Of a DNA stretch of 64,000 bases, positions 12,915 through 23,789 are shown one piece after another. The first letter of the stretch is position 1. Each line of letters opens with the position of its first letter. The stretch lies in contig JANJGN010000024.1 of NCBI GenBank assembly GCA_026770705.1, positions 19,964,001 through 20,028,000 of the forward strand, given 5' to 3'. The position numbers and the translations under genes are program-made. Under the pieces are notes generated by a model that was not told the origin of the DNA, ran no database searches, and saw only the letters and a program-made list of their open reading frames with translations. This DNA comes from Isurus oxyrinchus (taxonomy: Eukaryota).

Positions 12915-13900
12915 ATTAAATCGAGAGTTTATAAATAGGATTGTATGTAGCCAAGAATGGGTTACAGGCTGGAATCTATCGCAGGTTTCAAGCAGTTTAC
13001 ATGTAGCATAACAGATACCCAGGAGTAAATTACAGTCCAGAATCTAATCGAGAGGTTTGGGCAGTTTATGGGCAGAATTTTGCCCTTGTCGGGCGGGCTC
13101 GGTGGGGCGGACGGGTGGGGTTGGGAAGTTGACTGTCGTCGACGATCGGGGCCGGACCGTAATTTCACGCTGATGGGCCAATTGAGGCCTGCCAAGTGTG
13201 AAACACGTGCTGCAGCGCTCAGTACTGCCTGTGTGGGGAGGGGAGGAGGCCGAGCGGGGAGCTTCATGTATGCGTGGGGGTGTCACATGAGCAAGGGGGA
13301 CATGTTAGAAATCGGGATGAAATCTTTTTTTTTTACGTGACGGAATGAAACCTCATTCCGCCCGTGGATGAGGCTGGGCAAAAAAAATGCAAAGGCCGCT
13401 TGGTCTTTTCGCCTGCCCACCAGCTGTAAGGTTGGATGGGCAGTGAAAAATTTAAATCAGTTGGATTGTTAATGGTCTTAATAGGCCTTTTAATTGTCAG
13501 TGGGCACACAGCCAACTCACGCGTGCGCCCGCCGATCGAAATATTGCGCGAGTGCGCGATGACATCAGGACACTCGCCTGACGTCACCGCGCGTCACCTT
13601 ACGCTCGTTCGGGTCGGGCGCATGCCTGTCTGACAAATGAAAAGTTCTACCCTATGTGTAGAATAACAGGTACCCAAGGAGCAAGTCTGGAATCAGTGAT
13701 TTATATGTAAAATAACAGGTAGCCAGGAGAGAGTTACAATCTGGAATCCGATCGAGGGGTTCAGCGTGTTTATACTCAGGACAGAGTTACAGCCTGGAAA
13801 CTAATTGAAGCTTTTGGGTGGTTTATACAGAGAATAACAGTAATCCAAGAGAGTGTTACAGTCTGGAATCTGATCAATGGGTTTGGGTAATTTATGAAGG
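12915..13900 (+). repeat. Degenerate ~70-bp tandem satellite interrupted by a MITE
   Basis: Recurrent unit aataacagRtacccaggag..ttacagNctggaatctaatcgaggggtt. Confidence 0.7.
13070..13652 (-). mobile_element. Harbinger-type MITE
   Basis: TIRs GGGCAGAATTTT / AAAGTTCTACCC, exact TAT target duplication; related in reverse orientation to 11081-11743. Confidence 0.8.
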
Positions 13901-14009
13901 ATAGTTGGTGTAACATCACCAAAAGGGGAAATAAACCCATTGCCAGCCATCACAGGTACTGAGGCTTCTATCAATCTACAGGCATTGCCTGTTTGTTCCT
14001 GCTCCGTAG

Positions 14010-14176
14010 GTATCTGCTCAATCTTAGCTATTGGTGTCTCCACCCCAAATTCCTTGGTTGTGGAGGAGGGAATGGAGCTACGGCTGGACTGCAAGCTGGG
14101 ACATGCGGACACTCAATTACACAACATCAAGCTGGAATGGTCCTATACCCCTTACACTGGTGCTGAAGAGGACTTG
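14010..14176 (+). CDS. JAML: JAML-like coding exon 2 (first half of the Ig V domain)
   Basis: gctccgtAG acceptor; GICSILAIGVSTPNSLVVEEGMELRLDCKLGHADTQLHNIKLEWSYTPYTGAEEDL; donor GTGAGT; 167 nt, phase 1-0. Confidence 0.85.
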
Positions 14177-14414
14177 GTGAGTGTTGTGTTCCAGTGCTCT
14201 GTGTCAGATTCTGTGACTGCACTCTACCACCAGCTTCTCACCCTCTTGTCTTTAACTCAAGTGTGGTGTCTGCATGTTGTCATTTTAGGGCCACTGTAAT
14301 ATCGGCCAGAGTTTTGACTGTCTCTGGGGAATTTTTACACAAAAACTGTAGCAGGTGTGCACCAAAGCTCCAAATGATGGGAAATCACTGGGTGACAGCT
14401 CTGGTTTACCTCAA

Positions 14415-15065
14415 AAGGCTCTGAGAGTAAGTTTAGATTTAGAGGCTAGCAGCTAATGCAATAGGGAATCCCAAAGTCTTCTATAGGCATATAAACAGTA
14501 AGAGGATGTTAAAAAAGAGGTGTAAGGACCGAAAGAGGATTTACACATGGAGGCAGGAGACATGGCTAAGATATTAAGTGAATATTTCACATCTGGCTTG
14601 ACCAAGGAAGAAGACGCTACCCAGGCCATGGGGAAAAAGGGGGAAATTCAGCTACTATAAGCGTTTAAAATTGATAACAAGGAGGTACTGGATTGGTTGA
14701 GTGAACTTAAAGTTGACAAGGCACCAAGACCAGATAAGATGTATTCAAAGGTATTGGGAGAAGCAAGAGTGGAAAGTGCAGATGCATTGGCCATAATTTT
14801 TTAGTCTTCTTTAGACTCAGGGGTGGCGTCAGAAGACTGGAGAATTGCAAAAATTACACCCTTGTTCAATAAAGCTGGTAAGAATATGCCCAGCAGCTAT
14901 AGGCCTGTCAGTTTAACTTTGATGGTGGGGAAACTTCTAGAAACTATAATTTGGGACAGAATTAATAGTCACATGGACAAATGTGGGTTATTTAAGGAGA
15001 CCCAGCATGGGTTCCCAAGGAAAAATTGTGTTCAACTAACTTGCTGGAGTTTTTCAAAGAGGTAA
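14415..15065 (+). mobile_element. CR1 LINE ORF2 fragment (RT N-terminal region)
   Basis: EDWRIAKITPLFNK...YRPVSLTLMVGKLLE. Confidence 0.85.
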
Positions 15066-15410
15066 CCTGTTTCATCCCTGGGAGAGTTTGATGGGGACAG
15101 CATAGAGGGAGCTTTACTCTATATCTAACCCCGTGCTGTACCTGTCCTGGGAGTGTTTGATGGAGACAGATGTGGGAGCTTTACTCTGTATCTAACCCCG
15201 TGCTGTACCTGTCCTGGGAGTGTTTGATGGGGACAGCGTAGAGGGAGCTTTACTCTGTATCTAACCCCGTGCTGTACCTGTCCTGGGAGTGTTTGATGGG
15301 GACAGCGTAGAGGGAGCTTTACTCTGTATCTAACCCTGTTCTGTGCCTGTTCTGGGAGTGACTGATGGGGACAGTGTAGAGGGAGCTTTACTCTGTATCT
15401 AAGCCTGTTC
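15066..15410 (-). repeat. 69-bp tandem satellite, about 5 copies
   Basis: Reverse complement of the 37240 array unit; 23-aa period visible in the ORF track. Confidence 0.9.
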
Positions 15411-15448
15411 TTTCTCTTCAATTACATTCCTTCTTGATTCCAACACAG

Positions 15449-15665
15449 ATTTTTTTTCACTATCAAAACCTCAGTGTGGTCGTGCAGAATGGTACATTCT
15501 CCATGAGACTTCAGTGGATTGGTGACATCCGACAAAACAATGGTTCCATTCTCATAACTAAAGTGGAGTGCAGTGACAAAGGTTATTTCACTTGTGATTT
15601 GCGGATCCCCAGGTTATCCAGTAAAATCTTTACAAGCAGAATTGATCTAAAAGTCTTGTGCGCAG
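15449..15665 (+). CDS. JAML: JAML-like coding exon 3 (second half of the Ig V domain)
   Basis: IFFHYQNLSVVVQNGTFSMRLQWIGDIRQNNGSILITKVECSDKGYFTCDLRIPRLSSKIFTSRIDLKVLCA; DxGxFxC motif; cAG...G|GTAATG; 217 nt, phase 0-1. Confidence 0.88.
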
Positions 15666-15689
15666 GTAATGAACTAAGTTGCTGTACCT

Positions 15690-15945
15690 CAATACATTGG
15701 GAGTGAATGGGAAGGAATTTGAGCCTTTGGGATTCAAAACTCTGGGAGTGAACGAGAAAGGAATTTGTCTATTAGGATTGTATGCACTGGGAATGAATGG
15801 GAAGGTGTTTGGTCCATTGGGATTCAGTATTCCAGGAGTGAATGAGAAAAGGTTTCATCCATTGGGATTGCATGCACTGGGCATAAATGAGAAAGGGCTG
15901 ATCCACTGGGATTCAATACTCTGGGAATGAATTGGAAAGGGTTTA
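15690..15945 (+). repeat. Degenerate 45-bp minisatellite, about 5.5 copies
   Basis: Unit approximately ctgggagtgaatgRgaaRggNtttgNtccattgggattNNatNcN. Confidence 0.75.
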
Positions 15946-16204
15946 TGTCATGTGTGCATTATGTAGAGTTTAACTCAATGTTGTGAGTAAGCTAGGATTA
16001 AGCGGTAACTATGTAAGACTTTTCTACTCACCTCTTGTTTGCCATACCCCATAAATCAAATTAATGGATGAAATATTCTGCACAGCATTCCCCATGTTCT
16101 CATGCATGTAGCTAATGGGTGGGGCCTTCAATAAAGAGAGAGCAATCACAAAATCAATCTTTGTATTAATGAGACTGCCAAGCATCCAGAAACCTAATTG
16201 AAAT

Positions 16205-16590
16205 AAGAAAGAATTTACATTTATATAACTCTATTACATCCTTAAGACATACCAAGATGCTTTTCAATCAATGAATTCCTTTCAAGTGCATTTAATGATG
16301 TTATATAGATAAGCATAGCAGTCAACTTTCACACAAAATACCACAAACAACAATGAGACCAATTAATCTGGTTCGGTGGTGTTGGTTGGGAAATAAACCT
16401 TGATCAGGACACTTCGACCTTCTTTGGATAATATTGTTGGCTATTAAACATTTACCTCAATAACCAGGTTTGGCATCTCATTCAAAAGATGGCATCTTTG
16501 AGTGTGCAGCATTCTTTAAGTGTTGCATTGATATGTCGGCCTAAATTCTGTGCTTAAATCTGGGAGCAGGGATTTAATTGACTGTCGTTG
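16205..16590 (-). mobile_element. Deu-domain SINE, old copy
   Basis: Diverged reverse complement of the family. Confidence 0.55.
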
Positions 16591-16720
16591 GTGAGATTGC
16601 TACCGAGCCATGAAAGACTTGTTTCTTTTGTGAAATTGCTGCTTTTTTGGGTGTTGGGAGGTGGGGGATGGGGTGTGGTGAGGCAGAGATTTTGTATCTG
16701 AGCATTTCTATTCCCTTCAG

Positions 16721-16889
16721 GTTCCAAAGGTACAAGATCTATCAGGCATCCAGGGTTAGCAGAAGCAGTTCCAAAGAATATTATCATATATACAACAGTG
16801 GGGATTTTCAGCTTCTTTGGTGCACTGTCTATTATCCTTGTAAGTGTATGGAAGAAATGTTCAATAAACACAGCACCAAGGAGTCAAAG
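16721..16889 (+). CDS. JAML: JAML-like coding exon 4 (stalk and transmembrane helix)
   Basis: ttcccttcAG; GSKGTRSIRHPGLAEAVPKN-IIIYTTVGIFSFFGALSIILVSVW-KKCSINTAPRSQ; AG|GTAATA; phase 1-2. Confidence 0.85.
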
Positions 16890-16996
16890 GTAATACATTG
16901 AGGAGGGAGAATTTAAATGAGTTTTATTGTTACCTTTCTTTTCACACAAAGAATAATTCTGAACTTTCTCCCTCATTTTCTGTGGTCATTAAGCAG

Positions 16997-17030
16997 AAGA
17001 AACTGTCCTGGCGGGCTTGAAGATTTTGAG
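16997..17030 (+). CDS. JAML: JAML-like coding exon 5 (34-nt cytoplasmic micro-exon RRNCPGGLEDFE)
   Basis: Needed to join phase 2 to phase 0; strong donor GAG|GTAAGG; tandem AAGCAGAAG acceptors. Confidence 0.7.
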
Positions 17031-17634
17031 GTAAGGGTTTTAATGCAGACTTTTAATAATCCAGAATATTAAATATTCAGTCATTTCCTCAGTCACTGAA
17101 ACTTTAAGATCAATTGCCAACTTCAGGTCAAATGGATTGAATGTTCTTCCAGAGATTCTTCATAGTTAGAGGGACATCTACCAAACACTTCCTTTCCCAT
17201 CATAGTTGGAAGGTTGATCTGTTTGAGATTTATAGGGTAATGAAGAGAATAGATTGTGTCCAAGTTGACAGTTTGTTCAATATAAATAGATTAGGGAGAA
17301 CCAGGAGTCACAATTTTTAATTATATGAGGCTAGACCAAGGTTAGATGTCAGGAGTTGGCTCTTTTCCCAAAGAGTAGTGAACACCCAGAACAGGCTGGT
17401 GGCTTACTTGGAGGGCACCAATTCACTGAAATCTTTCAAGTAAGAGCTGGACCTGTTTGGGGTTGGGGCAGGCATCACCTCTTACAAAAACTAGTTATTC
17501 CAGGGAATTCAGGACCTAGATGAGTTGGAAAAGAATTTCCCAAATGTTTTCCCCCAAATTGGCTTGGTTTTCAACCTGGTTCCTTTCCTCTCCCAGGAGA
17601 TTGCATGGTTTTTGGTGGAGTGGAGTGTTCATTT

Positions 17635-18085
17635 TCTTTTATTCACTCTCAGAATATCGCTGGCAAGGTCAGCATTCATTGTCCATCCTCAATTGCTCTT
17701 GGGAAGGTAGGTGTGCCACCTCCTTGAGAACCATGTGGTGTAAACACGCCCATAGTACTACTTTTCTGTAGCAGTTTGATACAACTGAGTGGCCATATCA
17801 GAGGGCAGTTAAGAGTCAGCCACAATGCTGTGGTTCTGGAGTCCATGTAGGCCAGACCAGGTAAGGATGGAAGATTTCCTTGGCTAAAGGACATTGGTGA
17901 ATCAGATGGATTTTTACAACAATCCAATAGTTTCATGATCATCATTAATGAGACTAGACTAACATTTTTTCCAGATTTATTTATTTGAATTTGAACAGCT
18001 GCCCTGTTGGGATTTGAACTCGTTTCTTCTGAGCACTAATAAGGGCTTCTGGGTAACTAGGCCAGTCATATCACCACTATGATAC
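17635..18085 (-). mobile_element. SINE family B
   Basis: Reverse complement of the 4986/42361 family. Confidence 0.7.
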
Positions 18086-19154
18086 CAATATTACAATACT
18101 CAAAGTGTAGGCCAAGCTGGTGGAACAAAGGGTCTTTTACAATCAGTCACTATTTGTATGTTTGTAAGTTTCATCCAACTTCTAGCCCATATGGTTAACC
18201 ATGTGAATAAACCATGTTTAAACTCCACAGACTAGAAAGGAGATTGTTTGGACTGGACTAAATGAGATTTATAGAATATTAAGTGGTATGGATATTAGTT
18301 TGAATGAAATCAGGGTTATGACGGCCAGACATTATAAATTTAGATGAGTGAGTATTAAATTTAAAATTGGCATTACTTAAAATGTGAGAAATGTCTGTAA
18401 TGATCTGTTAGGCAGGGGTATAGAAATTCTGGGTCCAGCATTTGGGCAGCAGTGGGATACTGGAGGATCGAGTTTCAATAGGAATATTGGGGTTCAGGAA
18501 AGATGGGATTAGATACACTGGAGAGATGGTTTTTATTAACCTAATGGTGTTTTCTTATCCTTGACTGCTTTTGGTATGGTGATGTGATCAGCAATTTACC
18601 ACATAAGATCATTAAATTTGCTGTCTGCTTCTATTCCGAAAACTTTTGAGAATTATCTCAACTGTTGGGTGGTGTTGGAGACAATTGTTACTCAGAAATA
18701 TTTGTTTCGTTGCTTCAGTTTCCTCCTTTCCTCTCCTGAAGGTCCTGGTCCACAGGTGCTGTCAGCTTCCAGCATTGCAGTGAAGCCAATCATTCCTCAC
18801 GTAGGAATCTAAACAGTGAATGTTGGCAAGTTATACCATCAAGGAATAAAAGCTGTGCCTGGCTCTGTCTTTACCTGGCAGCAATTCTCCAGAAGGAATC
18901 ATTAGATCAGGGGAAGGAACGACAGCTGATGTTCCTCTGACAGGGGCTCAGAAGTCAAATGTGCGACTCTAATTCAGCTGAAAGCAGCTGGTTGATGATG
19001 GGATCTGGGCCAGAGTGTTGCGTCCCACACAACCTGGACCCAATGAGGCATTGGAGAAGCACAAGAGGGGATTGGGAGGACCTAAAATAGAAAGGGAAAG
19101 GCTAGAGAATAGCCAGTTACAACTCATTAAACTAATATGTTCACCAACAATCAG

Positions 19155-19280
19155 GATACAGGCCATTACGTCACTGTGACCAGCAGACACCCGCTCCAGA
19201 TTGACAGAGAAAATAAAGCCATGAAGGTGAAGAAAACTAAGGAATCAAAGACTGGTGAAGAAGAAATTTATGTAACAATG
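19155..19280 (+). CDS. JAML: JAML-like coding exon 6 (cytoplasmic, YVTV and YVTM motifs)
   Basis: cAG|DTGHYVTVTSRHPLQIDRENKAMKVKKTKESKTGEEEIYVTM|GTAAGA; 126 nt; ends in YxxM like the JAML YMTM motif. Confidence 0.8.
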
Positions 19281-20025
19281 GTAAGATTGTTGGGAAACAA
19301 TTACTTCAGCATGATTTAAATATTTGACATTGCACAGTGCCTGCATGACTAGCTGATATTCATAGTGAGGAATAAATCATAGAAACACAGAAAGTTTTAT
19401 GGCACGAAAGGAGGCCATTTGGCCCATTGTGTCTGTGCCAGCTGTAAAATCCAATCTAATCCCACCTCCTAGCTCTTGGTCCATAGTCCTGTACCTTACA
19501 GCACCTCAAGTGTATATCCAAGTATCATTTTTTCAGTGCTATCCATCCATTGCATGCACACGTTGTGTAAAGGCATTTTAGTAACAGAACCTGGCTGACA
19601 GGTTCATCGCTTTTTGAGTAATCTCAATCACACCTACTCAATTTGCTACCATATCCCTTAATCATACCCACTCACTTTTCCATTCTATCTCTCGATCCTT
19701 TTTTTCACCAATTCACTCACTCCCATGTCCCATCTCCTCATCAAATCCCTCAATTCTTTCCTTTCTCCAGAAGTATAGCCACAGTACGTTCCCTCGATCA
19801 AGGGCATTTAGTGCCTGATCAACTCGACATCGGGAAAGCAATCCTGCTGAGAGCCAGGCGTATGCTGTCTGATCCCATGGGCTAGGCTGCAATTTATGCT
19901 CCAATTTAACTCCTCTTTGTGTGAGAAAGTTCACCGTGATTTCTCTTCTTATTCTTCTCTCGCTTGTTTGTCACTTGGGTCCACTGGGATGTGAACAATT
20001 TGTCCAATTCAGTACTGGTCCCAGA

Positions 20026-20753
20026 GGACGGAATGTTGTTGAGGCATCGGGGTCCTGCCTGCCACCTGGAGCCGGCAAGAAACCTGCGCTGCCTGTTTTT
20101 GTGAAGGCCCCCCCGCCTAACCACAAGCCAATCAGGCAGTGATGAGGCCAGTGGCAGGCTTTCCCCTGGAATTAAGACCCCAAGGGCGCAAGCCTCACTT
20201 ACCGAGAGCTGCTGGCCAATCAGAGGCCAGCAGCTTTTGTTCTCAGCAGTGCCACAGTGGAGGCCCAGGATCGTGCAGTATCCCAGGCCACAGGTAAGCA
20301 AAGTCGAAATGGCAGGGAGAGGGGTGTAGCGGGGTCAGCAGCAAGAGTTGGGGTGGGGGGGGGTGGTGGCTCTCAGTGGGCTTGCCTTCCTGATGTCGAG
20401 TTCGATCAGGCACTAAGTGCCTTTGATTGAGGGACCACACCTCCCCCATTCCTCCCCTCCCCCACCACCCATCCCCAGAGCTGATAAGCTGGCTGCACGG
20501 TTTTAGCTGCTGTGCACACTGCATAGCGACAGACCCGCCTGCCGCAGGGTTAATGCCAGGGAGGCCGTTAAGTCATTATTAACTAGCCACTTAAGGGCCT
20601 CACTTGGTGCTGAGGCAGGAAGTTCAACCATGTGCCTTCCTTCCCAGGACTTAATTCTGGGCGAGGCAGGAAGATGGTGGAATTCCGGTACACCACCATC
20701 CCACCTAATTACACGCCTTTTCCCGCCTCCAGAGAGGGCAGAAAATTCCACCC
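20026..20753. mobile_element. Harbinger-type MITE (GC-rich)
   Basis: Ends GGACGGAATGTT / AAAATTCCACCC resemble the GGGCRGAATTTT TIR. Confidence 0.6.
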
Positions 20754-20881
20754 ATAATCTCAAACATTTTACGGTCAAAGACTTCTCCAAAGGAAATAAA
20801 GTCACATCCATTAAAAAAAGCCTTGATTCCTAATACAAGGAATTATCACTTCTATATCTTCTCAATATATCTTCTCAGGCC

Positions 20882-21193
20882 TAAGGTTCCCAACACTAAA
20901 GGATTGGAGTCTCCAGGAATTGAAGACTGATCTCCTGGACATCACTTCAAGTAATCGTGGAGAAAAACCATGCAGCTCTAAAAAAAAAATTCATAATCTT
21001 TTAACACTTTTGTTTCATAGTTATAAAAGTAACAGATATGGGGAAAAAAAGCTGACAGACAGCCAAGAATAATACAATCGGATAATTTGGGAAGGCAATG
21101 TGCCATGAGGATTGTTGGGCAACCAAAAGTGGGCGTGGATGGATCATTCGATGACACCTCCAGGAATACATCCAACTAGAGTTGGCAACCCTA
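20882..21193. mobile_element. Non-autonomous DNA element with TAGGGTTGCCAAC-type TIRs (hAT-Blackjack-like)
   Basis: taaggttcccaac ... gttggcaacccta; no clear TSD. Confidence 0.55.
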
Positions 21194-21249
21194 GTCACAG
21201 CCCCAGCCAACTTTATCTTCATTGGGTACTTACATGAGTGAACCTTTAT

Positions 21250-21830
21250 AGAAAGAAGATCTTGCATTTATACAGCACCTTACATGAACTCAATGTGTCC
21301 CAAAGCACTTTACAGCCTTTAACTTAAGTGTAGTCATTGTAGTAATGCAGGGAACCTGGCATCCAATTTGCACACAGCAGGATCCCACAAATAGCAATGT
21401 GATAACATCAGACAATCTGTTTTGTTGGTGGTGTTGGTTGAGGGGTTAGTGTTGTCTGGGGCATTGGGAAGAACATATCCTGATGGGTGAGATTACTGCC
21501 CACTGAGCCATGGCTGACACAGAAAGTGTTCACAGGTTAAAGGCCAGAAAAATGGGTCTTGGTGACTTTTCTCTTCCTGAACCTAGGACCAACTAAGACC
21601 AACTTTGGCACCTCAATTTATTTTGGAGTCAGTGTAAAGAAGGAAAGACTTACATTTATATACTTTTCACAACCTCAGGATACAAAACACTTCACAACCG
21701 GTGAAGTACTTTTGAAATGTAGTCACGGTTGTACTGTGAGAAAATATGGCAGCCAATTTGTGCACAGGAAGCTCCAAAAAACAGTCATGAGATAAATGCC
21801 CAGTTGGACTGTTTTGTTGGCGTTGGTTGA
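21250..21830 (-). mobile_element. Two Deu-SINE 3' fragments (21250-21520, 21640-21830)
   Basis: Family tail in reverse complement. Confidence 0.6.
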
Positions 21831-22316
21831 CTATACACCAAGGGTTAAATCTATGACCTTACCAGTCTCTATGCGATGGCTACTCATCAGGGGAGCAGTT
21901 TCTTAATTGGTAAAAATTCCACCTCATGAAACAGTCCTCTTGAGGGGATTCAGGATAATAGACACTTCCAAGCTGGGAGAAGAAATATGTATATTTTAAG
22001 TAACTTCGGTCCTTCCCTGATATATTCAAGATCAAGGGCTGTGATTGTGTTACACCATATGCATTGCAAATTAATTTCCAATCTGTTCCTCAGACAAGCC
22101 ATGGCTGGTACATATTATGGGGACAATTTGGCAGGATCATGCCTTGGGGAGTCTCACCTACCTGTTGTATATTTTAGGAGGTCATGGAGCAGTGCAGTGA
22201 TTTTCCCAGATGAACTATTCTGCCCATGAGGGAAAACTCCGAAAGTTAGCCTGGAGTGTGAAAATTATCCCGTGTGTTTTGTTCCTAAGGTTTTCCTGTC
22301 TCTCTTTTGTCCCCAG

Positions 22317-22400
22317 CGCTCGTTCATAGGAACTGGGAAATCAAATGACCTTCCTAAACCTATCGTACTCAGTGATCCTATTTATGGAGAATGTGGGTAA
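22317..22400 (+). CDS. JAML: JAML-like last coding exon (RSFIGTGKSNDLPKPIVLSDPIYGECG*)
   Basis: Long polypyrimidine tract plus cccAG, phase 0, TAA at 22398-22400, unique 3'UTR. Confidence 0.7.
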   Translation, partial: RSFIGTGKSNDLPKPIVLSDPIYGECG

Positions 22401-22699
22401 TCCCACTCTATGGATTTTCTGGAATCTAACAGATCATTGGAACTTTTTGAGGCTGTATTCATCATTTTGTTAACAGCAAATAGACACCCACAATTCTTCA
22501 AGACTGTGTTCGATGGTTCTGGTTTGATGGAGTGACTGAAATTCCTGCCACAAGACTGGTTCCCTAAATTTTCATTTTTTTTCAGCCTTTTTCAAAACCA
22601 ACTGGTTCTGTTTTATTGCATTAAGAAGCACAATGCCACTTCTGGGTCTAACTTTGAAAATATTATATTTTAATGTTTGCAAAGAGATAACTGTGAATG

Positions 22700-22705
22700 A
22701 ATAAA
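22700..22705 (+). terminator. Poly(A) signal of the JAML-like gene
   Basis: AATAAA 300 nt after the stop, followed by a GT/T-rich tract. Confidence 0.55.
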
Positions 22706-23567
22706 TGTTCTGTGTTTTGTCCATTTCTCTAGTTCCAGATGGTGGTGTTAAGGGGATACCACTTCAATGAAAAAACTTGTATCAAATTTGTTTCTATTTT
22801 GCTTAGAAGCTGGGGATGAAGTTCAATTTTTATCATGAACTCAAATGTGTTTCAGTGATACTTTCCAATCCGGTTTTTGTGCCGTTGAGTACCTGTAAAC
22901 AAACAAAATGTTTGCCATCACTCATGAAGAATATGTCCCTTTAATGCAGTTTGACGGTGTAGTTTTGAATTCTGTTTGTTCTGTGTACTAAATCTCATAG
23001 AGGAAGTAATCACATCAGATACAAAAACAGAAAATGCTGGAAATACTTGGCAAATCTCGCAGCATCTATGGCAAGGGTGGGGAACCTTTCTCTTATCACA
23101 GGCCTTGATTGGTAAGGGGATCAAAGGTTATGGGGAGAAGGCAGGAAAATGGGGTTGAGAAACTTATCAGCCATGACTGAATGGCGGAGCAGACTCGATG
23201 GGCCGAATGGCCTAATTTCTGCTCCTATGTCCTATGGTTTTATTCACGCATGGACAAAATTAGTCATGGGCCACACACACCTAAAAATCAACTTAATTTA
23301 GTTACTTTAGAGCGAACACAGAAATGTTCTACTCACCCACTGTTTTAATGAGATGGCTGAATTTGAACATTATGATGTTAAGTATTATTATAGTAATTTA
23401 GCTGACGCTTTTATCCAAAGCAAATTCGTAACAATGATGGTAAATGTTATTTTGAAGGCATTACTATCATAGGTCTACATTTTTAGAAATCTTGCTGCGG
23501 CCAAATGAAATTGAGCAATGAGGCAGATCCGACCCATTGGCCATAGATTCCCCAACCCTGGTCTATG

Positions 23568-23745
23568 GAGAGAGAAACAGAGTTAACGTTTCAGATCAAT
23601 GACCTTTTATCAGAACGATGAAAGATCACACAGCTGAAATGTCAACTCTTTTCTCTCTCCACTGATGCTGCCTGGCCTGCTGAATATTTCCAGCATTTTC
23701 TGTTTTTATTTTAGATTTCCTGCATTCGCATTGTTTTGCTTTTGG
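23568..23745. mobile_element. Penelope family A terminal-repeat fragments in inverted arrangement, with decayed hammerhead cores
   Basis: Minus strand gttCTGATAAaaggtcattgatctGAAAcgttaact at 23581-23616 abuts a plus-strand partial copy. Confidence 0.6.
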
Positions 23746-23789
23746 GTTCATATCAGAGTTGCCTCATAGCCTTTTCTATAGCAACAATT

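Noticed and set aside
15125-15421. Zinc-finger-like repeated peptide (CPHQ)
   Set aside because: Translation of the 69-bp satellite
15679-15930. Repetitive 83-aa ORF as a coding exon
   Set aside because: By-product of a 45-bp minisatellite; out of frame with the preceding exon and lacking splice sites
16647-16901. Tracked 84-aa ORF
   Set aside because: Wrong frame; the real exon frame encodes the TM helix
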